A DNA stretch of 64,000 nt from Lachnospiraceae bacterium (GTDB lineage Bacteria > Bacillota > Clostridia > Lachnospirales > Lachnospiraceae): the NCBI GenBank assembly GCA_015057325.1, contig SVEQ01000001.1:318837-382836 (forward strand), written 5' to 3'. Position numbers and translations under genes: made by a program. Below, in pieces: positions 15,838-24,115 of this stretch (position 1 is the stretch's first letter; each line of letters starts with the position of its first letter). The notes beneath the pieces are model-generated. The model was not told the DNA's origin. It saw only the letters and a list, made by a program, of their open reading frames with translations, and ran no database searches.

Positions 15838-16887
15838 ATGAACAAAGAAATTACAATCGATGGCAAAATAATAGGTGGTGACTCACCTACATATATAATA
15901 GCCGAGATGTCGGCTAATCATTTGATGAGTTTTGAGCGTGCCAAGGAGATAATCTATCGACTGAAGGATTCAGGAACGGATGCAGTCAAGCTTCAGACTT
16001 ATACTGCTGATACGATAACAATAGACAGTGACCGTCCGGAGTTTCAGATACATGGTGGCTTGTGGGACGGTTATAATCTTTACTCGCTTTATCAGGAGGC
16101 TTATACCCCTTGGGAATGGCAGAAGGAGCTTATGGAGTATGCCAATAGTTTGGGACTTACTTGTTTTTCGTCGCCCTTTGATTTTACAGCGGTTGATTTC
16201 ATGGAAGAGATTGGAATGCCGGCATACAAGGTTGCTTCCTATGAGATATTTGATATTCCGATGATTAGAAAGATTGCCAAGATTGGAAAACCGATTATTT
16301 TTTCAACGGGTATTGCACATAGGGATGATGTGGAGAGAGCGCTTTCCGTATGCAAGGAAGAAGGTAATGAGAATGTTGTATTGCTCAAATGCACATCTGC
16401 GTATCCTTGTCCATATGAAGCTATGAATATTAAGACTATTCCGCTTATGCAGGAAACATATGATTGTATAGTGGGATTGTCTGACCATACATTTGGAAGT
16501 GAAGTTGCATTAGGTGCGGTTGCGCTTGGCGCGAAGGTTGTTGAGAAACACGTAACAATCAAACGTGCGGACGGAGGTCCTGATGGTGGTTTCTCTATGG
16601 AGATGGAAGAGTTTATTGATATGGTTCGCCAGATTCGAAATCTTGAAAAAGCTCTAGGTAAAGGAACCTTTGAACTTACAGATAAGCAGGAAAAGGAAAG
16701 AGCCGGTGGACGCTCATTATATGTAGTTGCGGATATCAAAGCAGGTGAGTTGTTTACTCCTGATAATATTCGTTCGATTCGTCCGGGACGTGGTCTACAC
16801 CCTATGTATTATGATGAAGTAATTGGTAAGAAGGCAACATGTGATATCAAGAAGGGTGAGCCACTTGATAGAGACATGATAGAGTAG
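15838..16887 (+). CDS. pseI: Pseudaminic acid synthase (NeuB family)
   Basis: IIAEMSANH, KLQTY, NeuB-type TIM barrel, and a C-terminal SAF/AFP-like domain (IRSIRPGRGLHP...GKKATCDIKKGEPL). GGAGGGG RBS before ATG 15838. Confidence 0.85.
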   Translation: MNKEITIDGKIIGGDSPTYIIAEMSANHLMSFERAKEIIYRLKDSGTDAVKLQTYTADTITIDSDRPEFQIHGGLWDGYNLYSLYQEAYTPWEWQKELMEYANSLGLTCFSSPFDFTAVDFMEEIGMPAYKVASYEIFDIPMIRKIAKIGKPIIFSTGIAHRDDVERALSVCKEEGNENVVLLKCTSAYPCPYEAMNIKTIPLMQETYDCIVGLSDHTFGSEVALGAVALGAKVVEKHVTIKRADGGPDGGFSMEMEEFIDMVRQIRNLEKALGKGTFELTDKQEKERAGGRSLYVVADIKAGELFTPDNIRSIRPGRGLHPMYYDEVIGKKATCDIKKGEPLDRDMIE

Positions 16888-16946
16888 TATTTTGGATTAA
16901 TCAGTAGATGGCAAGACGGAAGTTTTGGAATGTAAGGGATAGGAGT

Positions 16947-18017
16947 ATGTCGGAAATAGAATCAAAAAGAATATATATCCGAGCGGATGCTAATGATATA
17001 ATTGCAACAGGGCATGTTATGAGATGCATGTCTATTGCTGCACAGATAAAAAAACAGGGTGTTAAGGTGACATTTATAACCGCAGATGATAATTCGAAAG
17101 CACTTATAGAGAGCAGAGGATATCAGGTGGATGTGCTTGGCACGCAGTGGGATAATCTTGATAGTGAAATCGACACATTATGCCAATACATAAAGGATAA
17201 TAATGTAGGCATCCTGCTGGTTGATACTTACTATGTTACTGATAAGTACTTTAAGGCATTATCAGAACTTACAAAGGTTATATATATAGATGATATGAGA
17301 AAGTTTGCCTATCCTGTATATACGCTTATTAACTATGCGGCATTTGCGGATGTTGTAACATATGAGAAGTTATATGCTGCAAGTACTAATGAGCCCGAAA
17401 TGCTTATCGGAGCACAATACATTCCGCTTCGTGATGAGTTTGTCGGTAAGAATTATGTTGTTCAAAAAGAGGCGACAAGAGTTCTTATAACAACAGGTGG
17501 TACGGATAGGTTAAATGTTGCCGGCAACTTGCTTGAATCATTTATGAATGACGGTATTCTTTGTAAACTTGAGTATCACGTCATAGTCGGTTGTTTTAAT
17601 TGTAACAAAGACATGCTATGCTATGTTTCAAATGATTCAAACGGACATGTTACGTTACATGAAAATGTCGATAACATGTCATATTGGATGACATATTGTG
17701 ATGTTGCATTATCGGCATCGGGTTCGACTTTATATGAACTTTCTGCGTGTGGTGTGCCTACCATATGTTTTGAGGTGGCAGACAATCAGGCGGGAGCAGA
17801 TATGTGGCAGCAAAAGGGATATATGAGATATGCCGGTAATGCTGCTTCTGATATAGATAGCTGTGTGACAAGCTGTAGCAAGCATTTAAAGGAGCTTGTA
17901 TCTGATTATAATGAACGCATCAGAATGTCGACAGAGATACGTCAACTTATAGATGGCAAAGGTGCCGGAAGAATAGCGGGATATCTAATTAATATGTTAA
18001 ATGATGGGGGAAATTGA
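16947..18017 (+). CDS. pseG: UDP-2,4-diacetamido-2,4,6-trideoxy-beta-L-altropyranose hydrolase
   Basis: IYIRADANDIIATGHVMRCMSIAAQIKKQG is the characteristic PseG N-terminus. GT-B-like length. Lies between pseI and pseC. Confidence 0.75.
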   Translation: MSEIESKRIYIRADANDIIATGHVMRCMSIAAQIKKQGVKVTFITADDNSKALIESRGYQVDVLGTQWDNLDSEIDTLCQYIKDNNVGILLVDTYYVTDKYFKALSELTKVIYIDDMRKFAYPVYTLINYAAFADVVTYEKLYAASTNEPEMLIGAQYIPLRDEFVGKNYVVQKEATRVLITTGGTDRLNVAGNLLESFMNDGILCKLEYHVIVGCFNCNKDMLCYVSNDSNGHVTLHENVDNMSYWMTYCDVALSASGSTLYELSACGVPTICFEVADNQAGADMWQQKGYMRYAGNAASDIDSCVTSCSKHLKELVSDYNERIRMSTEIRQLIDGKGAGRIAGYLINMLNDGGN

Positions 18018-18018
18018 T

Positions 18019-19155
18019 ATGTTTATACCATACGGAAGACAATCGATAGACGATGACGATATTAATGCAGTTGTAGAAGTGCTTAAGTCTGATTACCTTA
18101 CAACCGGACCGAAGGTTACCGAGTTTGAGAAGGTTGTGGCAGATTACGTTGGAGCCCAATATGCTGTGGCAGTATCTAACGGAACGGCGGCACTTCATAT
18201 TGCGTGTCTTGCAGCGGGAATTAGTGAGGGTGACGAAGTAATAACGAGCCCTATCACATTTGCTGCATCAGCTAATTGTGCGCTTTATTGTGGTGCAACT
18301 CCTGTATTTGCGGATATTAAGAAGGACACATATAACATAGATCCTGATGATATAGAAAGAAAAATTACCGAGAAAACCAAAGCGATTATTCCGGTTCATT
18401 ATACGGGCCAGCCGTGTGAGATGGACGCAATCCACGAGATTGCAAAGAAGCATAACCTCATAGTTATTGAGGACGGTGCGCAGGTTATAAGCGGTGAGTA
18501 TAAGGGTAAGAAGGTCGGAGCATTGTCTGATATGACAACCTTTAGCTTCCATCCGGTTAAACCGGCAACGACCGGCGAAGGTGGCATGGTGCTTACCAAT
18601 GACAAAGCACTCTATGAGAAGCTTAAACTCTATCATACACATGGTATTACAAGAGATGACAATCTTCTTGAGAATAAGTCCGACCCAGTAAATGACGGCG
18701 GTTGGTATTACGAACAATTGGAACTTGGCTATAATTACAGAATTACAGATATTCAATGTGCGCTTGGAATATCACAGATGAAAAAACTTGATAAGTTTGC
18801 CGCACACAGAAGAGAACTTGCGGCTTTGTATGATGAATTATTAGCAGGAGTTGACAATGTAGTTATCCCATACCAGCACCCGGATTGTCTGTCGAGCTAT
18901 CATTTATACATGATACAGGTGCCGGCCGAAAGAAGGAAAGAAATCTTTGAGAAGTTGCGTGAAAACGGAGTGGGCGTTAATGTTCATTATATTCCGGTTT
19001 ATAAGCTGCCGTATTATCAGAAGCATGGCTACAAGGATGTGTGCTGCCCTAACGCGGAGGAGTTTTACAGTAGGGCAATTACGCTTCCACTTTTTGCTGA
19101 TATGACTACGGAACAGGTTGAGTATGTCGTCAAAGTTTTAAAGGACATATTATAA
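18019..19155 (+). CDS. pseC: UDP-4-amino-4,6-dideoxy-N-acetyl-beta-L-altrosamine transaminase (DegT/DnrJ/EryC1 family)
   Basis: IPYGRQSIDDDDINAVVEVLKSDYLTTGPKV, NGTAALHIA, FSFHPVKPATTGEGG (PLP-lysine region). Confidence 0.85.
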   Translation: MFIPYGRQSIDDDDINAVVEVLKSDYLTTGPKVTEFEKVVADYVGAQYAVAVSNGTAALHIACLAAGISEGDEVITSPITFAASANCALYCGATPVFADIKKDTYNIDPDDIERKITEKTKAIIPVHYTGQPCEMDAIHEIAKKHNLIVIEDGAQVISGEYKGKKVGALSDMTTFSFHPVKPATTGEGGMVLTNDKALYEKLKLYHTHGITRDDNLLENKSDPVNDGGWYYEQLELGYNYRITDIQCALGISQMKKLDKFAAHRRELAALYDELLAGVDNVVIPYQHPDCLSSYHLYMIQVPAERRKEIFEKLRENGVGVNVHYIPVYKLPYYQKHGYKDVCCPNAEEFYSRAITLPLFADMTTEQVEYVVKVLKDIL

Positions 19156-19185
19156 GCGAATACTACCAGATGAAAGGAGCTTTGT

Positions 19186-21447
19186 ATGGAAAAACTAATA
19201 AGTATAATTCTTCCATGTTATAACGTGGAACAGTATATAGACCGATGCTTTAGCAGTTTGAAAAATCAGACGCTTGGTTTTGAGAATATGGAGCTCATAT
19301 TTGTAAATGATGCCTCGACGGATGGAACACTTAAAAAGCTTGAAGAGTTGGAGAAGCAATATCCGGATAATATTATTGTTATCAACTTTACTGAAAATCG
19401 TCGTCAGGGCACTGCAAGAAATACCGCACTTGAATATGCATCAGCACCTTATATTGGCTATGTCGATTCGGATGATTGGGTAGATGTGACAATGTTTGAG
19501 AAAATGGTCAATGCAATCCGAGAGTATGATTGCGATTTTGTGGAATGCCGTTGGTCGCTGTCAAGAGATGAGAGACACTCAACTTCGGTTAAAAAGCTTG
19601 GAGCAAACGGGTATCTTGATTTGACAGACCCCTCTACAAGGGCAAAGTTTATCGGAGATCAGATTGGAATAACTGCATTGTGGAGCAAGGTTTTTAAAAA
19701 ATCTTTCCTTGTTGAGAATGATATATTCTGTCCGGAACAGATAAGATATGAAGATATCTTTTTCTGTTATCTTGCATTTTTGTATGCGAAGTCTTATTAC
19801 CGAATAGATGAAGAGTTATACCATTACTTTGTTAATCCTGAAGGTACAGTGCAAAGAAAGAGCCAGGAGTACCAGTTTGACAAAATGACGATTGCACTTG
19901 GCTTTCTTGATGCGTGCAGACAGAGGGGATTGCTTGATGATGGCACAGACAACAATAACGACGTAAAGAAAGAGCTTTCGGATATAACAACAAAAGACTG
20001 CATTGAGTGGATGTTTCTTGAAAAGTATTACGTATATATGTTATGGGAAGTTTTCCAGGAGTTTTCCGACCGTTCCTATGACTGTTATCTTGAAATGAAA
20101 GAAACAATATTTGAACAAGTACCGAATTTCAAAACCAACCCGTTTAGGTCATGGGAAAGCAATGCATTTGATAACTTAATGCTTAATTTCCTTGACTATG
20201 ATATCGGGCGAGAGGATTTTGAATCGTTGCGTGATGACTTGCTTGCCAAGTTTGATAAAAAGCCCGTGGAAAAAAGAAAGTACAAGATATTATTCTGCAA
20301 GCGCGGCTCAATATGTGAGGACGGCATAAGCAATGCTTTCAAATATTTAAAGTATGATGTAGATTTCATGACCAAGAAGTTTGAAAGTTATGATTATGAC
20401 AGCGAGTATTTAACAGCACTTTCCGAAACAATGCAGAAGAAGCAATACGACTGTGTATTTACAGTTAACTTCATTCCAATTGTTGCAAGGTGCTGTAAAG
20501 TATTCAATATACCTTACGTGTCATGGACAGTGGATAATCCTGATTTTGAGCTTTTCTCTAATACAATAGAACTTCCTACCAACAGGATTTTTATGTTTGA
20601 CAGAAGTCAGTATGAGAAGTTTAAACCAAAGAATCCTGACCATATATACTACATGCCGCTTGCTTGCGACTATGAGGCTTGGAACTCGTTTGAACTTACT
20701 GCTGAGGATCATAGAAATTATGACTGTGATATATCATTTATTGGCTCTACGTACGAGGAAAAATGCAGATATAACGACATTGTAGGCGACTTGTCGGATT
20801 TCACAAGAGGCTATGTCGATGGATTAATTGCGGCGCAACTTAATGTGTATGGCTATAATTTCTTAGAGGATGCAATGACGGATGAGTTTGTTAAGCAATT
20901 TAAGAAAGAGGTTGGCTGGTATCCACTCGGAGAAGATTATACCGAGGATGACAGAGCGATAATTGCCGATACTTATGTAGGTTACAAGTGTACCGAGCAG
21001 GAGCGCTTCCTGACACTTAAGAACATTTCGGAAAACTTCAACCTTGATTTGTGGACCTTAAGTGATACATCGAGATTTCCTAAGGCGAATGTCCGAGGCG
21101 GTGCGGATTCAATAACGATGATGCCTAAGATTTTTAAATGCAGCAAGATTAACCTAAGCATGACAAATCGCCCGATACGTACAGGTATGCCACTTCGAAT
21201 GTTTGATACAATGGGTGCGGGAGGATTTCTTCTTACCAATTATCAGGCGGAGATACCGGAGTACTTTGAGATTGGAAGAGACCTTGAAGTATATGAAAGT
21301 CAGGAAGACCTTCTTAATAAGATTGCTTATTACCTTGAGCATGACGATGAAAGAATTCAGATTGCCAAGAACGGTCAGGAGAAAGTTAAAAACGAGCATA
21401 GCTACAAGATAAAACTTGAAAAGATGCTTAAAATAGCAGGAATTTAA
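19186..21447 (+). CDS. Bifunctional GT2 glycosyltransferase (N-terminal) fused to a CgeB-like domain (C-terminal)
   Basis: ISIILPCYNVEQYIDRCFSSLKNQT...VNDASTDGT...YVDSDDW (GT2 DxD). C-terminal ~380 aa is collinear with ORF 1309..2487 (FIPIVARCCKVFNIPYVSW / YLPIVAKVCRVYRILYISW; LRMFDTMGAGGFLLTNYQAEIPEYFE). Confidence 0.7.
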   Translation: MEKLISIILPCYNVEQYIDRCFSSLKNQTLGFENMELIFVNDASTDGTLKKLEELEKQYPDNIIVINFTENRRQGTARNTALEYASAPYIGYVDSDDWVDVTMFEKMVNAIREYDCDFVECRWSLSRDERHSTSVKKLGANGYLDLTDPSTRAKFIGDQIGITALWSKVFKKSFLVENDIFCPEQIRYEDIFFCYLAFLYAKSYYRIDEELYHYFVNPEGTVQRKSQEYQFDKMTIALGFLDACRQRGLLDDGTDNNNDVKKELSDITTKDCIEWMFLEKYYVYMLWEVFQEFSDRSYDCYLEMKETIFEQVPNFKTNPFRSWESNAFDNLMLNFLDYDIGREDFESLRDDLLAKFDKKPVEKRKYKILFCKRGSICEDGISNAFKYLKYDVDFMTKKFESYDYDSEYLTALSETMQKKQYDCVFTVNFIPIVARCCKVFNIPYVSWTVDNPDFELFSNTIELPTNRIFMFDRSQYEKFKPKNPDHIYYMPLACDYEAWNSFELTAEDHRNYDCDISFIGSTYEEKCRYNDIVGDLSDFTRGYVDGLIAAQLNVYGYNFLEDAMTDEFVKQFKKEVGWYPLGEDYTEDDRAIIADTYVGYKCTEQERFLTLKNISENFNLDLWTLSDTSRFPKANVRGGADSITMMPKIFKCSKINLSMTNRPIRTGMPLRMFDTMGAGGFLLTNYQAEIPEYFEIGRDLEVYESQEDLLNKIAYYLEHDDERIQIAKNGQEKVKNEHSYKIKLEKMLKIAGI

Positions 21448-21478
21448 TTCCGGTTAAAAAATAATATTATAATTTTAT

Positions 21479-21507
21479 GTATAGATTCCTTCATTTAACA
21501 AATACTA
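21479..21507 (+). promoter_or_regulatory. Possible forespore sigma-G/F-type promoter of spoVT
   Basis: GTATA (21479-21483), 17 nt, AATACTA (21501-21507). Consensus is GHATR-N17/18-CATNNTA, so there is one mismatch. Confidence 0.3.
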
Positions 21508-21550
21508 TCTAAAAGATTTTAGAATATGTTAAATGGAGGAATCATTTATT

Positions 21551-22099
21551 ATGAAAGCAACCGGAATAGTACGACGCATAGACGAACTCGGAAGAATTGT
21601 AGTGCCGAAGGAAATTAGAAAAAACTTAAGAATTCGCGAGGGCAGCCCTCTTGAGATTTATACAGATAATGACGGACAGATTATATTAAAGAAGTATTCG
21701 CCGATTGGCGAGTTGTCAAACTTTGCTCAGGAATACGTTGATGCTACGGCAAATATTTTGGGATGTCCTGTGTGTGTAACTGACAGAGACAGTATTATTG
21801 CCGTCGCAGGAATGCCGAAAAAGGCGCTTTTGGGCAAGCCGCTTCACAAGGAATTAGAGGATGCGATAAATGATCGCGAGGCCATTATGGCAAGGCGTGG
21901 CGAGAAGCGTTATATCAGGATTACAGGCGAAAATGATGACATTTATGACGGAGAGATTGTTCAGACGATAATATGCGAGGGAGACGCCATTGGATCTGTG
22001 ATTATTCTTAACAAAGATGGGAAAAATCCACTTACGGAAACCGAAAGAAAAGCTGCGGTTATTGCGGCAAACTTCCTGGGGCGTCAAATGGAGGGCTAA
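21551..22099 (+). CDS. spoVT: Stage V sporulation protein T (AbrB-family regulator with GAF-like C-domain)
   Basis: MKATGIVRRIDELGRIVVPKEIRKNLRIREGSPLEIY is the SpoVT/AbrB swapped-hairpin N-terminus. 182 aa. Confidence 0.85.
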   Translation: MKATGIVRRIDELGRIVVPKEIRKNLRIREGSPLEIYTDNDGQIILKKYSPIGELSNFAQEYVDATANILGCPVCVTDRDSIIAVAGMPKKALLGKPLHKELEDAINDREAIMARRGEKRYIRITGENDDIYDGEIVQTIICEGDAIGSVIILNKDGKNPLTETERKAAVIAANFLGRQMEG

Positions 22100-22230
22100 A
22101 ACAGATTTTTACGTCGATTTATATGTGAATAATTAACATAAAATTATAGCATTTTTAATAGTTTTTGAGCCAAATTAACAAGGAAATTTCTGCTAATTTG
22201 TACAAAAAACCTAAGAAATCACCTATTTGC

Positions 22231-22259
22231 TTGACAAACAACGCCTAAACGAGTATAAC
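22231..22259 (+). promoter_or_regulatory. Sigma-A promoter of hup
   Basis: TTGACA, 17 nt, TATAAC. Confidence 0.55.
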
Positions 22260-22331
22260 TACTGTTAGGACTTGTCCGGAAGGATGAGGAATGAAGCAAA
22301 TACTATATATTTAAGAGGAGGAACTATTCCT

Positions 22332-22613
22332 ATGAACAAAGCAGAGTTAGTAGCAGCTATGGCTGAGAAAACTGAATTATCAAAGAAGGACGCTGAGAAG
22401 GCACTTAAGGCTTTCACAGATGTTGTAGCAGCAGAGTTAACAAAGGGTGAGAAGATCCAGTTAGTTGGCTTCGGTACATTCGAGGTTGTTAAGAGACCTG
22501 CAAGAGAGGGAAGAAATCCTAAGACTGGTAAGTCTATGAAGATTCCTGCATCTAAGGCACCTAAGTTCAAAGCTGGTAAGGCTCTTAAGGATTCTGTTAA
22601 CAAGAAGAAATAA
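22332..22613 (+). CDS. hup: DNA-binding protein HU
   Basis: MNKAELVAAMAEK...VGFGTFEVVKRPAREGRNPKTGKSMKIPASKAPKFKAGKALKD. Confidence 0.95.
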   Translation: MNKAELVAAMAEKTELSKKDAEKALKAFTDVVAAELTKGEKIQLVGFGTFEVVKRPAREGRNPKTGKSMKIPASKAPKFKAGKALKDSVNKKK

Positions 22614-22636
22614 TTCGAATCTAAAAAGAACTTTTC

Positions 22637-22675
22637 AGAAGGCTGTTGTCCTAGACAATAGCCTTCTTTGTATTT
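22637..22675 (+). terminator. Rho-independent terminator after hup
   Basis: AGAAGGCTGTTGTC / GACAATAGCCTTCT stem (one G-U pair) followed by a T-rich tail. Confidence 0.6.
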
Positions 22676-22686
22676 AAGGAGAAATT

Positions 22687-22926
22687 ATGAGACTGGATAA
22701 ATATTTAAAGGTATCAAGATTGATAAAGAGAAGAACCGTTGCTAACGATGCCTGTGATGCAGGACGTGTTTTGGTCAACGGACGTGTTGCCAAAGCATCC
22801 TGTGATGTCAAGGTTGGCGACAGAATAGACATAGAGTTCGGTAACAAGAGTGTTGCGGTAGAAGTAACAATGATTGCTGACACCACAAAAAAAGAAGACG
22901 CAAAGGATATGTTCAAATACTTGTAG
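22687..22926 (+). CDS. yabO: S4-domain RNA-binding protein (YabO/Hsp15-like)
   Basis: MRLDKYLKVSRLIKRRTVANDACDAGRVLVNGRVAKASCDVKVGDRI. Conserved position before yabP. Confidence 0.8.
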   Translation: MRLDKYLKVSRLIKRRTVANDACDAGRVLVNGRVAKASCDVKVGDRIDIEFGNKSVAVEVTMIADTTKKEDAKDMFKYL

Positions 22927-22991
22927 CATTTTTTGGGGACTCTTATCATAGAGTGTTTATATAAACAGTCAAAATGATAGGAGGCACCAAA

Positions 22992-23276
22992 ATGGACGAG
23001 GTTAAAACAAACAAATCGCACAGAGTAACACTTAACAATCGTGGAAGCGGAGTTATAACGGGAGTTAATGCCGTTATATCATTTGACCCAAACGAAATAC
23101 TTCTTGAAACGGAGCAGGGGATGCTTCTCATAAAAGGCAACGAGTTAAATGTTACAAAGCTTACGCTTGAAAAGGGCGAGGTTGAAGTGGACGGCAGAGT
23201 TGATTCATTTACTTACTCGGATATGAAGTCGGGGATAAAAGACGATAACTCAATTTTCAACAGGTTGTTTAAGTAG
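22992..23276 (+). CDS. yabP: Sporulation protein YabP
   Basis: HRVTLNNRGSGVITGVNAVISFDPNEILLETEQGMLLIKGNELNVTKL. Synteny yabO-yabP-yabQ-divIC. Confidence 0.8.
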   Translation: MDEVKTNKSHRVTLNNRGSGVITGVNAVISFDPNEILLETEQGMLLIKGNELNVTKLTLEKGEVEVDGRVDSFTYSDMKSGIKDDNSIFNRLFK

Positions 23277-23283
23277 GTGAAGT

Positions 23284-23706
23284 ATGGCCGGACTTTTGTA
23301 TGAAGAATTAACGCTGTTTGGGATATGCTTTGCACTCGGGATAGCGCTTGCATTTGCTTATGACGTGATTAGAATATTCCGACTGCTTGTTCCGCACGCG
23401 GATATAGTTGTGGATTTAGAAGATTTATTATTTTGGCTGGTTACGGCATGGATGGTATTTGGAACATTGTTCAAATACAATCAGGGTGCACTTCGCGGAT
23501 ATGCGTTTATCGGGATGTTTGCGGGTGTAATAATATATGCATTAACGCTTAGCAGGCTTATAATGTATATTGTTAAGAAAATGGTCCCTTATTGGAAAAA
23601 ATGTTTTGCTTGGGTTTTTAAACCCTTCAAACGTATGGTGCGTTTTTTTAGAAAAGAATTGAAAAATGCACAAGATGAGGTTAAAATAGCCTTGAAAGGT
23701 CGATAA
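23284..23706 (+). CDS. yabQ: Spore cortex biosynthesis membrane protein YabQ
   Basis: 140 aa with three to four hydrophobic helices. Synteny. Confidence 0.65.
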   Translation: MAGLLYEELTLFGICFALGIALAFAYDVIRIFRLLVPHADIVVDLEDLLFWLVTAWMVFGTLFKYNQGALRGYAFIGMFAGVIIYALTLSRLIMYIVKKMVPYWKKCFAWVFKPFKRMVRFFRKELKNAQDEVKIALKGR

Positions 23707-23722
23707 GAAAGATGGTGAGCAT

Positions 23723-24019
23723 GTGAGCAAAAAACGAAAGAGAAAATCCAAAAAAAATCTGCGCTTGGTTTACTTCGTCGTTTTATTTTTTTGCATAATA
23801 GTTGGAATACGCTCATTTACGCTGTTCAAAGAAAGCAGGGAACTTAACAAGAAGCAGGAGATACTAACTGCAAAGATGGAGAGTGAGGAACAGCGCAAGA
23901 AGGATCTCGAGGAGTTGGAGAAATACATGAAGACCAAGAAGTTCATGGAAGAAACGGCCAAGGCGAAGCTTCACCTTGTATATCCTGACGAGATTCTTAT
24001 AGAACCTGAGAATAAATGA
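23723..24019 (+). CDS. divIC: Septum formation initiator (DivIC/FtsB family)
   Basis: Basic N-terminus, single TM (LVYFVVLFFCIIVGI), coiled coil (ELNKKQEILTAKMESEEQRKKDLEELEKY). GTG start. Synteny. Confidence 0.7.
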   Translation: MSKKRKRKSKKNLRLVYFVVLFFCIIVGIRSFTLFKESRELNKKQEILTAKMESEEQRKKDLEELEKYMKTKKFMEETAKAKLHLVYPDEILIEPENK

Positions 24020-24115
24020 TGTCGCAAGTTGCGGCTTTTATCTATATGATACGACATATTGTGCCATCCATCTTATGGTATACCCACAGTTAATTCTTAG
24101 TGGGAGGAATGGCTT

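Noticed and set aside
24020-24026. A Spo0A-box-like heptamer TGTCGCA upstream of spoIIE.
   Set aside because: It is a single, one-mismatch heptamer (consensus TGTCGAA), which is too degenerate to call without tandem sites or experimental data.
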